Virus record (IMG/VR): IMGVR_UViG_3300020044_002018
Coordinates: 1-34,821 of that record
DNA from: a virus
Taxonomy: Duplodnaviria; Caudoviricetes
Strand: one strand, 5' to 3'
DNA length: 34,821 bases
Each line of letters begins with the position of its first letter. Position 1 is the first letter of the stretch. The position numbers and the translations under genes were made by a program. Shown one piece after another: positions 1-8,944 of the stretch. A model generated the notes under the pieces. That model was not told the DNA's origin. It saw only the letters and a program-made list of their open reading frames with translations, and did not search any database.

Positions 1-121
1 TTTTTACAAAGCTAAAAAGAGGTGAGCTAGATCAGGCAGGTCAACTAGAACTTCGTCAGCAAATGGCTTACAACAACTTAATCCTTCAGCAAATGAAGGG
101 CGTTCAAGTTGATGTTGGCCG
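1..121. repeat. Exact 121-bp duplicate of 34701-34821 (circular assembly overlap)
   Basis: Bases 1-121 are identical to the last 121 bases, and the repeat lies inside one continuous reading frame. Confidence 0.97.
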
Positions 122-2570
122 AGCATTAAATATGTTTAAAGATGTCAAGCAATATGGACGCGCTTTGCCTCCTGAGAGGTTAAGGCAATTGCTTGACGAG
201 GCTGGTGGTGAGGATGCGCTTCTCCGCTTGGCTGATGATTACTTAAGCCTGCCAACTCGCAAAGGAAGAAATCAACTGCTTGAGGCCGGACTTGGTCAGC
301 GTCTGCGGGAGACATGGATTAACGTGTGGCAGTCTAACTTGCTGACTGATATTGCTCCTCATGCTTACAGTCTTACTCAGGGACTTCTTAATACTGCCCG
401 TGCGCCGATAGAAAGAATGGTAGCTGTCGGTGTTGGACAAATGAGGGCGTCAAGCGTTGGTGGTTTTAAGATAATTAACAGCCCAATGATTCCATCGGAA
501 TATGCTGGAGCTGAACGCTATTTCATGGCAGACGTTCAAGCCAGAATGTCTGGGCTTAGAAACGGTGTTTACGATGCGTGGATGACAATGGCAAAGGGTG
601 GGCCTCAAGTAAGGCTTCCACTGACTGAAGTCGATATAACCCTGCCAGTATTTTTTAATAAGGACTATGCCGTCCGGGCATCTGCTAAAGGTGACGCTCC
701 CATTTCTCCCCTATCTGGGGCTGGCTTTAGCGACTTGCCAGTTAGATTGCCATTTAGCACAACGGAGTTATTTCGTACCCCAGACTTTACTAATGGCTGG
801 ACAGGGAAAGTGTTGAACGGAATGGGTTATATGTATAGCGTACCGTTCCGTGCGTTACGCGCAGCCGATGACTTTGTTGGTATGACCGTTTCCCGTATGC
901 AGTTACATGAGGAAGCTTGGCATTTAGCGCAAAAAGAATACGACAAGTTTGTAGTTTCTGGCTCTACCCATGATGAAGCTTTGACTGAAACCCAAAGGAT
1001 CGTTGCCTCGTTTATGGATGAGCGCCCTGCGTCTATGCAAGCCAATATGGAAAAGGCGCATAAGATCGCTACGGCATCCGAAGACTTTAACAAGGAAACT
1101 AAACTTAATGCGGCGTATTGGAAGCTAGATAGAGCTTTTCAACATGGCCTTCTAAAGCCATTTCTCCCATTTTCCCGTTCAATAACTAATGACTTTTTGC
1201 ATACCGCTGCGGCTACCCCCGGCTGGAATCTGATTAGTACAAAGTTTTGGGATGCGTGGAATGCTGGCGGCAGAGAACGCGACTTAGCGATTGCTCGTCT
1301 CTCCATTGGTAGTGCTGCCGGTTATGTCGCTGTGGATAAGGCGACAGAAGGACGGATAACTGGCTCTGGCCCATTTAGTATCCAAGACAGGAAAGCGCTT
1401 GAGGCACTTGGCTGGCAAAAATACTCTATTGTGTTTAAGCCCGGCGAACTTAGCCAAGAAGTAAAAAGGCGGTTGTCTACACTGACAACATTGACTGACG
1501 GCAAGGGAGACTTTGAGGGCTATACGTTTGTTAGCTACGGGCGCTTTGGATTCTCACCAATCCTTGCTCAAGGCGCTGACCTAGCTGATGCTCAACGGTT
1601 CCACGTTGGGAGGCCAGACGAAGATGAGTACACAAAGCTGGCATTGGCTATTGCTGGCTCCAACCTTAACTATCTCCAAAACCACCCACAAGCTGCGGCC
1701 TTTGGCGACATTGTTGGAATCATGTCGGCTAAAGTTGAAGACGGTGGTGAAAAGGTTTGGGATGTTTTGCGCCGTATCGGCAAGCAGTATGTGGATGTGC
1801 TGTATACCGGCACACCGCTGGTTGGCTCAAGTAATGCAACGGCTATCGCTCACATCGAGCGCCTGAATGACCCGCTTGTACGATCCCCAAGGGTTGACCA
1901 GATGAATGCCCCAGAGCATATCCGTATGTTCTATGAGCAGCTCAACCGCGTTAAGTCCCGTAATCCTGTGTTCTCAGATGGCCTCCCTGCCGACCTCGAT
2001 GACATTGGCCGCCGCCGGTATGTCGAAGACAATATGTGGGAAACCTATGCCAACTTTATCCCAACAGTTCAGGCTAGGAAAGGCAAGCGCGACCCGTTCA
2101 TGGAGGCGATGGTTTCCATTGACCACGGGGTGTCCCGGCCTAGAGATGTCTGGAGTGGCGTCACCTTGTCTGTGACCCAATACAACCGCTACAAAGAGCT
2201 TTACGGGCAGAAGATACAGATGGATCCGTCCCTGTTTGTCCCAACGGCAGAAGGCCCACCAATGAATCTGGAGAAGGCTATCCCATTCCTTTTGGAAAAA
2301 GAAAGGGAGTATAGGCTTTCTGAGGGGCGTCAATTTGGTATTGGCGACGCACAAAGTTTCGTAAATAATGTCATCAAGAAATATCGTCGCGGTGCTAAAT
2401 TAAGAATGATCGGCTTTGACTTTAGCCCTGAGACCGGCCAAGGCGAACTCCCAGACTCATCAGAGTTAGATATGTCCCAATACGGGCTGTATGGCGAGAA
2501 GGTTGAGTTCCCAGAGCTGGGCGCCATGATTGACAGGAACAAAAAGTTTTATAGCCGGTATGGGAAGTAA
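1..2570 (+). CDS. 3' part of a large internal virion (ejection) protein; the full gene is join(33989..34700,1..2570), about 1093 aa
   Basis: The frame from ATG 33989 stays open across the junction into the 63..2570 ORF; it is the last of the large genes between tail tubular B and the tail fibre, the T7 gp16-like position. Confidence 0.75.
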   Translation, partial: FTKLKRGELDQAGQLELRQQMAYNNLILQQMKGVQVDVGRALNMFKDVKQYGRALPPERLRQLLDEAGGEDALLRLADDYLSLPTRKGRNQLLEAGLGQRLRETWINVWQSNLLTDIAPHAYSLTQGLLNTARAPIERMVAVGVGQMRASSVGGFKIINSPMIPSEYAGAERYFMADVQARMSGLRNGVYDAWMTMAKGGPQVRLPLTEVDITLPVFFNKDYAVRASAKGDAPISPLSGAGFSDLPVRLPFSTTELFRTPDFTNGWTGKVLNGMGYMYSVPFRALRAADDFVGMTVSRMQLHEEAWHLAQKEYDKFVVSGSTHDEALTETQRIVASFMDERPASMQANMEKAHKIATASEDFNKETKLNAAYWKLDRAFQHGLLKPFLPFSRSITNDFLHTAAATPGWNLISTKFWDAWNAGGRERDLAIARLSIGSAAGYVAVDKATEGRITGSGPFSIQDRKALEALGWQKYSIVFKPGELSQEVKRRLSTLTTLTDGKGDFEGYTFVSYGRFGFSPILAQGADLADAQRFHVGRPDEDEYTKLALAIAGSNLNYLQNHPQAAAFGDIVGIMSAKVEDGGEKVWDVLRRIGKQYVDVLYTGTPLVGSSNATAIAHIERLNDPLVRSPRVDQMNAPEHIRMFYEQLNRVKSRNPVFSDGLPADLDDIGRRRYVEDNMWETYANFIPTVQARKGKRDPFMEAMVSIDHGVSRPRDVWSGVTLSVTQYNRYKELYGQKIQMDPSLFVPTAEGPPMNLEKAIPFLLEKEREYRLSEGRQFGIGDAQSFVNNVIKKYRRGAKLRMIGFDFSPETGQGELPDSSELDMSQYGLYGEKVEFPELGAMIDRNKKFYSRYGK

Positions 2571-2599
2571 CTATATAATTTTGCAAGGAGCAATGAATT

Positions 2600-3853
2600 A
2601 TGGCTGACTATGCAATCTCAAATGTGCCACGCAGGGTGGTCTATACCGCAAGCGGTGTAGGCCCATACGCGTTCACGTTTGAAATCCTTGCAGAAACCGA
2701 CATTGATGTCTATGAGGGCGATGACCTTCTTACGCTGACTACGGACTACACCGTAACGATCAATGCCAATGGTACCGGCTCTGTTACTTTGGTAACTTCT
2801 GCGGCTGACAACATTACTATTGTTGGCGCAAAAAGCATTCAGCGTACTACTGACTTCACAACAGGTGGCGACTTCTTTGCCAACACGCTGAACAATGAGT
2901 TGGATGCTCAGACCATCTTTATTCAGCAGGTAGCAGAGACAGCAGAACGTGGCCTGAAAGCACCTGTCACTGACCCCACTGATGTCAACATGACCTTGCC
3001 TCGTAAGGCAGATCGTGCAAATAAGTTTCTTGCCTTCGACTCTGTTGGCGATCCGGTTCCGGGTGAGACTCCGCCTGAGTTGATTATTATCAATAACAAC
3101 ATTGGATATGTCCAAACAGTTGGCGCAGACTTAGGTGGATCTGGCTTTAGTTATGACTTGGGCAGCGTTTCTGATGCAGCCACTGGCGTACCTGCTGGCA
3201 CACCCGATGGCTATATCGTTGGCGTATATAACGCGCTAGATGATATCGCGACAGTCGAAGCTGATATCCCTACGATAGAAGCAGTCGCAGCGATCTCGAC
3301 TGAAATAACTACCTTGGCTGGCATTAGTGCTGATATTGTTTTGGCGGCGCAGATTGATGCGGCTGATCTATCAACTGTGGCTGACGCATCCGCTGATGTA
3401 ACTACAGTAGCAACCAATATCGCCTCAGTTAATACGGCGGCATCAGACATAGCAAGCATTATTCAAGTAGCTAACGATCTTAATGAAGCCGTGTCTGAAA
3501 TTGATGTCGTCGCAAATAACATCGCGTCAGTTCAGACGGTAGGCACCAACATTACCAACATCAATACCGTAGCAGGCATCTCTGCTGATGTGACGACAGT
3601 AGCTGGTGACTCGGCTGACATACAACTGCTGGCTGACAACATAGCGACCATTACTACTAAGGCAAATGCCGGGGCTAACAGCGATATAACCTCGATGACT
3701 GCTGTGACCTCAATCACCAGCACGACATCACTGACGCTGGCGTCTGGTGGAACGAATCAAAATATTACTTTAGACCCAAGTGGAACCGGAGTGGTTAGCG
3801 TTGTATCTGACTTGGAAGTAACCGGTACGCTTGACTGCGGCTCAATAGCATAA
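2600..3853 (+). CDS. Tail fibre protein with T7 gp17-like N-terminal anchor and repetitive coiled-coil shaft
   Basis: N-terminus (YTASGVGPYAFTFEIL...LTLTTDYTV...LNNELD...IQQVAE) resembles T7-type fibre anchors; ~10-aa repeats (VTTVATNIAS, VQTVGTNITN, INTVAGISAD); SD AAGGAG. Confidence 0.85.
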   Translation: MADYAISNVPRRVVYTASGVGPYAFTFEILAETDIDVYEGDDLLTLTTDYTVTINANGTGSVTLVTSAADNITIVGAKSIQRTTDFTTGGDFFANTLNNELDAQTIFIQQVAETAERGLKAPVTDPTDVNMTLPRKADRANKFLAFDSVGDPVPGETPPELIIINNNIGYVQTVGADLGGSGFSYDLGSVSDAATGVPAGTPDGYIVGVYNALDDIATVEADIPTIEAVAAISTEITTLAGISADIVLAAQIDAADLSTVADASADVTTVATNIASVNTAASDIASIIQVANDLNEAVSEIDVVANNIASVQTVGTNITNINTVAGISADVTTVAGDSADIQLLADNIATITTKANAGANSDITSMTAVTSITSTTSLTLASGGTNQNITLDPSGTGVVSVVSDLEVTGTLDCGSIA

Positions 3854-3862
3854 GGACTAGAC

Positions 3863-5554
3863 ATGGCAACCACATTAAAACTACGTCGTGGCACAACAAC
3901 TCAACACGCTTCGTTTACTGGTGCAGCAGGAGAGGTCACTGTAGACACGGACAAGGATGTCGTCGTTGTCCATGACGGCTCTACAACTGGCGGCTTCCCG
4001 GCGATAAGAGCGGGCGGCGCACTCGGTACACCTTCTAGCGGTACGGTGACTAACCTGACCGGCACAGCGTCGATCAACATCAACGGCACAGTGGGGGCAA
4101 CTACACCTGCAAGCGGGTCGTTTACTTCTATGACCGACTCCGGCAACTTGACATTCACAGGGACTGGAAATCGCATCACTGGTGACTTCAGCAATGCGAC
4201 GATTGCTAATCGTGTTTTGTTTCAAAACAGTAATACAAATTCACAAACAAGGGTCGGTGTAATTCCAAATGGAACTTCAACTACCGGAATTATTGAAGCA
4301 TTTAATTCATCAGATACGACAAACGCTTCTATCTTTAGCTTATCCAGTATTGCAGCAGAAGCAAGATTATCTGCCGGTATTGCAGGAAGTGGTTCATATC
4401 TTCCGATGACTTTCTATACAAATGGCAGCGAACGGATGCGTATTGACTCCGCTGGCACGTTAATTATTGGGTCAGGTGAAGCAAGTGCAACTCCAGTAGG
4501 CAACACGCTGCGCGCCCCAAATGCAACAGGAACAAATATAGCTGGCACAAACTTAACTATTTACGCTGGCAATAGTACAGGTAATGCACTTGGTGGGTAT
4601 GTTGGGATCGGAGCAACCAGTACCCCCGGTGCATCTGGTACATCTGAGAATGCTCAAGTAGATAGGATGCGTGTTTACTCAACAAGCGGCGCAGCAAATG
4701 GTTTGCAGGGTGTTCACATAGCGCAAGGTGGCATTTATCCAGCAACTATTCCTTTATCTAATAGCGCTGATAAAGGTGCTTTTACTATACACGGAACCAG
4801 CGAAGCAACAGCAAACGTACAAATAATTAACTGGGGTGCATCTACATCAGACGAGCCAAACCTAAACTTCATGGCGCTAAATGGTAATACCGTTGGCAAT
4901 TTTGGAACGGTTCCAACAAGCGGTTTTAATTTGGGATTAATTACTTTTGAAGGGTATTCCGGTGTTGGCTCTGATATGTTATATGGAGCAACAATTATTG
5001 CAGAGGCTTCCGGTACATGGACTTCAACTACTTCGCCCAGTCTTTTGAGATTACAAACATCCGGAGCAACAGGTTCAACCGTAACAAGAATCCTGATAGA
5101 TAAGGATGCCGTCAGCATTGGAGCTGACACTGGATTTAGTATCAGTGAGACAACAGCAACAACCGCCGCATTAGCAAATGCGTACATAGGTAATGTTTCA
5201 TCAGGAACGTATCTACCTACGATAACGAACTCAACAAACGTAGCCGCAAGTACGCGCTCTGACTGTCAATTTATGCGCGTTGGTAATATGGTGACAGTAT
5301 CCGGTCAAATAACTATTGACGTAACTACTACCGCAACAGATTCAGTCTTATTGATGACATTGCCGATTGCATCTACGTTTACGGCTTCTCGCCAATGCGG
5401 TGGTACTGGTGCATCTTCTAGTGCTGGAGTATATGGAACGGAGACAATAGCAATTATGGGTAACGTAGCAGGCGGCTCTGCTGAATTTAGGCTCCGCCCA
5501 ACTTCAATAGCTAATCTTGATTACAGATTTTCTTTTACATATCAGGTGCTTTAA
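3863..5554 (+). CDS. Receptor-binding or distal tail fibre protein with Mtd_N-like N-terminus
   Basis: LKLRRGTTTQHASFTGAAGEVTVDTDKDVVVVHDGSTTGGFP matches the pattern of the BPP-1 Mtd N-terminal domain; G/S/T-rich beta repeats (FYTNGSERMRIDSAG). Confidence 0.85.
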   Translation: MATTLKLRRGTTTQHASFTGAAGEVTVDTDKDVVVVHDGSTTGGFPAIRAGGALGTPSSGTVTNLTGTASININGTVGATTPASGSFTSMTDSGNLTFTGTGNRITGDFSNATIANRVLFQNSNTNSQTRVGVIPNGTSTTGIIEAFNSSDTTNASIFSLSSIAAEARLSAGIAGSGSYLPMTFYTNGSERMRIDSAGTLIIGSGEASATPVGNTLRAPNATGTNIAGTNLTIYAGNSTGNALGGYVGIGATSTPGASGTSENAQVDRMRVYSTSGAANGLQGVHIAQGGIYPATIPLSNSADKGAFTIHGTSEATANVQIINWGASTSDEPNLNFMALNGNTVGNFGTVPTSGFNLGLITFEGYSGVGSDMLYGATIIAEASGTWTSTTSPSLLRLQTSGATGSTVTRILIDKDAVSIGADTGFSISETTATTAALANAYIGNVSSGTYLPTITNSTNVAASTRSDCQFMRVGNMVTVSGQITIDVTTTATDSVLLMTLPIASTFTASRQCGGTGASSSAGVYGTETIAIMGNVAGGSAEFRLRPTSIANLDYRFSFTYQVL

Positions 5555-5715
5555 TGGAACACACACTAACCTATTGGACACCGCCTGATGCGGAACACAA
5601 GCTCATCATCACTTTCGAGGATGGGACAACTAAGGAGTATTTGCAAGCCAACAAGGATCAGTACATTGCAGACTACCCTGATCGAGCCGCTGATGTTGCG
5701 GCGATGGGTTGGTGA
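5554..5715 (+). CDS. 53-aa protein, possible fibre-associated chaperone (MEHTLTYWTPPDAEHK...VAAMGW)
   Basis: Hand-translated; ATG overlaps the upstream stop (TAATG) and its own stop overlaps the next ATG (TGATG). Confidence 0.65.
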   Translation: MEHTLTYWTPPDAEHKLIITFEDGTTKEYLQANKDQYIADYPDRAADVAAMGW

Positions 5716-5801
5716 TGTTCATCCTAACCATACTCGCGCTTGTAGTCGGCATTTTATGGTGGGCTGTATTGAAGTCACTTGAAGGTATTGAATTGGAGTA
5801 A
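5715..5801 (+). CDS. 28-aa single-TM peptide (MFILTILALVVGILWWAVLKSLEGIELE)
   Basis: Hand-translated; translationally coupled (TGATG); hydrophobic; fills the gap to the next SD. Confidence 0.45.
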   Translation: MFILTILALVVGILWWAVLKSLEGIELE

Positions 5802-5805
5802 TACC

Positions 5806-6084
5806 GTGGAAGATTTGATTACAAAGATTGCCGTCGGCATTGGCGGCATTGGCGCTGGTGCATGGGGTATGTACCAAAAGATCAAGGCCGACAATCGTAG
5901 CAACAAAGCCGCTGATGTTACTGACGCTGCATGGCAGCAGGTTATCGCTACTCTGCGCGAGGAAGTCTCACGCCTGTCTGATCGGCTGGCTGCGGTAGAG
6001 GAACAGAACCGTAAGTGCGAGGAGGCTAATGATGCCTTGCGCGAGGAACTGATCGCCATGAAGAAGCAGTTGCATCTCTTTTAA
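5806..6084 (+). CDS. Membrane-anchored coiled-coil protein, holin or antiholin candidate
   Basis: GTG at 5806 with GGAG SD; N-terminal hydrophobic segment followed by a coiled coil; upstream of the endolysin. Confidence 0.6.
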   Translation: MEDLITKIAVGIGGIGAGAWGMYQKIKADNRSNKAADVTDAAWQQVIATLREEVSRLSDRLAAVEEQNRKCEEANDALREELIAMKKQLHLF

Positions 6085-6087
6085 TAT

Positions 6088-6798
6088 GTGGATCCGCTAA
6101 CCCTACTTGCTGCTGCCAATGCTGCTGTCGCTGCCGTCAAGAAAGGATGTCAGCTATATAAGGACATCAAGGGCGCAGCCGGTGAGGTTAAGGATGTACT
6201 GGATGATCTGAAGTCGCAGTTCGGGAAGATCCAAAACCCGACCAATGCCCAGAAGATTCAGTACAACGAGGAAGTGCAGCGGGTACAGGAGATAGGTAGA
6301 GCTGATCCGAACGATGTGTTCATCAAGATTGGCAATGATCTTGGTGTGCTGATGGATGAGTATGACAAGATCGGCAAGGTGTTTATCCAGCAGGAAGCAG
6401 AAGCGACACAAGTGTACACAGGTACAGATTCGGTTGGCAAGCGAGCATTGATTCGCGTCATCATCCGGTCAAGATTAGATGCGATGTTTGCAGAGTTGCG
6501 CGAGATGATGGTCTACAAAGCACCGCCTGAGTTGGGTGATTTGTGGGGCAGGTACGAAAAGATGTGGAAGCAGATTGTCATTGAGCAGGACGCAGCGCAT
6601 AAGCGTGAGACTGCGAAGATACAGATTGAAGCTGCTCGGCAACGTAGGTTAAGAAGGAAGCGGAAGGAAGAAGCGGTATGGGTTGGAGCAATCCTTTTCG
6701 TCGTGGTGTGGTTCGCAAGCCTCCTAGTCCTTCTGCGAACGAGCCAGACGTACCGTGGGCTTTACTCGTCGCCGTGGTGGTCTTGTGTTTTGTGTTAG
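6088..6798 (+). CDS. Hypothetical helical protein with hydrophobic N-terminus and C-terminal TM helix
   Basis: 236-aa ORF in the lysis region; MDPLTLLAAANAAVAAV start; AVWVGAILFVVVWFASLLVLL TM. Confidence 0.75.
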   Translation: MDPLTLLAAANAAVAAVKKGCQLYKDIKGAAGEVKDVLDDLKSQFGKIQNPTNAQKIQYNEEVQRVQEIGRADPNDVFIKIGNDLGVLMDEYDKIGKVFIQQEAEATQVYTGTDSVGKRALIRVIIRSRLDAMFAELREMMVYKAPPELGDLWGRYEKMWKQIVIEQDAAHKRETAKIQIEAARQRRLRRKRKEEAVWVGAILFVVVWFASLLVLLRTSQTYRGLYSSPWWSCVLC

Positions 6799-6929
6799 TG
6801 ATTGCGCTGCCTGTGATGGGTGTGATGTACATGGATATGAACAATGCGCTGTACCGGGCTGAACAAGAAACCCGCAAGATGAAAGAGTTGCGGATAAAAG
6901 TTTTACGGGAAATGAGAGGTGAAGAATGA
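6678..6929 (+). CDS. Small single-TM membrane protein
   Basis: TM WALLVAVVVLCFVLVIALPVMGV; stop overlaps the endolysin start (ATGA); exact start uncertain. Confidence 0.65.
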   Translation: MGWSNPFRRGVVRKPPSPSANEPDVPWALLVAVVVLCFVLVIALPVMGVMYMDMNNALYRAEQETRKMKELRIKVLREMRGEE

Positions 6930-7549
6930 TTACACTGAACCAACTGAAGCAGATGCTACCGAAGAATCCGTATGTAGCTGACTGGCATGAAGCACTAACT
7001 CAACTGCTGCCAGACTACGACATCAACACTCCCCGCCGAATAGCTGCCTTCGTTGCCCAGTGCGCTCATGAATCTGGTGGCTTCATGGTACTGAAAGAGA
7101 ACCTGAACTACAAGCCTGCCACTCTCCGTAAAATTTTCCCCAAGTATTTCCCGACAGATGCAATCGCCAACGACTACTCCTCCAGACTCAACAAGCAAAT
7201 GCACATCGCTAACCGTGCGTATGCAAACCGTATGGGTAATGGTGATGAGTCTAGTGGTGATGGCTGGCGTTTCTGTGGTCGTGGTCTTATCCAACTTACC
7301 GGACGTAATAACTATCAAGCATTTGCTGACAGTCTGGAGATGAACATCAATGACCTGCCAGAGTACCTTGGTACGTTTGAGGGTGCGGCTCAGTCTGCTT
7401 GCTGGTTCTGGGAGACGAACAACCTGAACAAGTGGGCTGACAATGGCGACATCAAGGAGCTGACACGCAGGATCAACGGTGGCTACATTGGTCTGGAGGA
7501 TAGGATCAAGCACTACAACCATGCACTCCATGTGATGGGAGGCCACTGA
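6926..7549 (+). CDS. Endolysin, glycoside hydrolase family 19
   Basis: Motifs AAFVAQCAHESGGF, ENLNY, GDGWRFCGRGLIQLTGRNNY, SACWFW, TRRINGG. Confidence 0.95.
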   Translation: MITLNQLKQMLPKNPYVADWHEALTQLLPDYDINTPRRIAAFVAQCAHESGGFMVLKENLNYKPATLRKIFPKYFPTDAIANDYSSRLNKQMHIANRAYANRMGNGDESSGDGWRFCGRGLIQLTGRNNYQAFADSLEMNINDLPEYLGTFEGAAQSACWFWETNNLNKWADNGDIKELTRRINGGYIGLEDRIKHYNHALHVMGGH

Positions 7550-7788
7550 TGAGCCGACTGCTTATCTTGTTGGTGCTGGCTGGGTGTGAGCAGAGTTACC
7601 GCTACCCGTGCCAGAACCCTGACAACTGGATGAGTAAAGAATGTCAGAAGCCAGTCTGTGAAGTAAACCAGACTTGCCCTGACCATATCTTTGCAGACCA
7701 GAAACGCATGGAGCCGTGGATTAGTGGCGACAAGGTAACTACAGAATCGAAGGAAGACAAAGGGGGGAGGAATGACTGTGCTAAATAA
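7549..7788 (+). CDS. Cys-rich lipoprotein
   Basis: Signal peptide with lipobox LAG-C; four further Cys in YRYPCQNPDNW...C...C...CP. Confidence 0.8.
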   Translation: MSRLLILLVLAGCEQSYRYPCQNPDNWMSKECQKPVCEVNQTCPDHIFADQKRMEPWISGDKVTTESKEDKGGRNDCAK

Positions 7789-8296
7789 AATTGCTGATCG
7801 TATGCTTGATCGTGGAACGCTGTACACCACTGACGAATTGATGGCTCGACTGAAGTTCATCATTGGTATCTGCTTAACGCTGACACTGATGGGGATTATC
7901 TTCACGATCCTGTACTCCGTGATCTTTGTGACCCAGCCATTAAAAGGCATTAGTCCGATTGACCAGAAATTTTTTGAGGTCATTATTCCGGTGGCATCGT
8001 TCCTTTGCGGCATCCTGTCAGGCATCATGCTGAACGGTACAGACCAAGGCCAGATGGATGCGATGAAGAGTACGATGGCCGGGTTCAAAGAGGCCAGCGC
8101 ACAGGCTGCAAAAGCACCAGAGGTATTGCCTGAGTCAGCGCCTGTATCCAAGTCTGCGCCCAAGTCTGTTGCTGCTGATGGTCGTCCGACACCACCCGCA
8201 CCAGTGTTTACTGGCGAACCTGTTGCCCAGCAAGCTGCTGGCGTAGGCTTCGATGGTAAGAAAGCTCCCCCACCCGCACCTGAACCGGAGGTTTGA
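7772..8296 (+). CDS. Two-TM membrane protein with Pro/Ala-rich tail (holin candidate)
   Basis: Two hydrophobic segments; SD GGAGG; position in the lysis cassette. Confidence 0.75.
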   Translation: MTVLNKIADRMLDRGTLYTTDELMARLKFIIGICLTLTLMGIIFTILYSVIFVTQPLKGISPIDQKFFEVIIPVASFLCGILSGIMLNGTDQGQMDAMKSTMAGFKEASAQAAKAPEVLPESAPVSKSAPKSVAADGRPTPPAPVFTGEPVAQQAAGVGFDGKKAPPPAPEPEV

Positions 8297-8297
8297 C

Positions 8298-8471
8298 ATG
8301 AAGAAACTGATTGCACTTATTGCGTTTGTTCCCTTGCTGGCCTTTGCTGGTGGCGAGATGAAGGAAGTCTGCCACATGGAGAAGGACAAGGCAGGCAAAG
8401 AGAAGAAGGTTTGCAAGACGATCAAGGTACACAAGAAGTTGGAAGGTAAGAAAGTACCGGGTCAGAAATGA
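8298..8471 (+). CDS. Small secreted Lys-rich protein (57 aa)
   Basis: ATG 8298 with GGAGG SD; signal peptide MKKLIALIAFVPLLAFA; two Cys, each in a KxVC motif. Confidence 0.75.
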   Translation: MKKLIALIAFVPLLAFAGGEMKEVCHMEKDKAGKEKKVCKTIKVHKKLEGKKVPGQK

Positions 8472-8944
8472 ACATCGCCTACACTGCGCTGGCTGTCATC
8501 ATTGCTGCTGGGATAGCTGGCGCTTATGGGTATATGCGAGGGGAGGAGTCAGGCCGCTTGCAGGTACAGGCTAAGTGGGATGCTGAACGTGCAGAGCTTG
8601 AGTCTATCCATGCCCGTGACCAGCAGATTGCACGGGAGCGAGAGAAGCTGATGCAGCAGACCGCAGACCGATTGAGACAGGAGAAAGACCGTGAGACACG
8701 CGATCTTAATAGCCGGGTTACTGCCCTTAATAACAGCCTGCGGGAGCGCCCGAGTCGCACCTCCGACCCGATCAGTACCGTGTCCAGTACCGCCAGTGCT
8801 GGATGCGCCCCCACAGTATGTACTGGAGCAGGACTTTCTAAAGAGGATGGAGAATTTCTTGCAAGGGAAGCTGCCAGAGGAGCCGAAGCCGTCGTCCTCC
8901 TCAAGCAATGCCAAGCCCAGTACCAATCCTTAATCCCTAAGTAA
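8468..8944 (+). CDS. Inner-membrane spanin (Rz-like)
   Basis: N-terminal TM, coiled coil, C-terminal region typical of DUF2514-like Rz proteins; contains a nested lipoprotein gene. Confidence 0.85.
   Translation: MNIAYTALAVIIAAGIAGAYGYMRGEESGRLQVQAKWDAERAELESIHARDQQIAREREKLMQQTADRLRQEKDRETRDLNSRVTALNNSLRERPSRTSDPISTVSSTASAGCAPTVCTGAGLSKEDGEFLAREAARGAEAVVLLKQCQAQYQSLIPK
8691..8933 (+). CDS. Outer-membrane spanin lipoprotein (Rz1-like), embedded in the +1 frame of Rz
   Basis: GTG start with AGGAG SD; lipobox ITA-C; Pro-rich mature part with a second Cys. Confidence 0.85.
   Translation: MRHAILIAGLLPLITACGSARVAPPTRSVPCPVPPVLDAPPQYVLEQDFLKRMENFLQGKLPEEPKPSSSSSNAKPSTNP

Noticed and set aside
3200-3680. 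DNA tandem repeat in the tail fibre gene
   Set aside because: The repetition is at the protein level (~10-aa coiled-coil units) with diverged codons, which is ordinary for fibre shafts
3863-5554. Diversity-generating retroelement suggested by the Mtd_N domain
   Set aside because: No reverse transcriptase or Avd gene, no template/variable repeat pair seen, and the C-terminus does not resemble the Mtd C-type lectin region
5588-5782. 64-aa ORF from the track
   Set aside because: Two translationally coupled ORFs (5554-5715 and 5715-5801) tile the interval better
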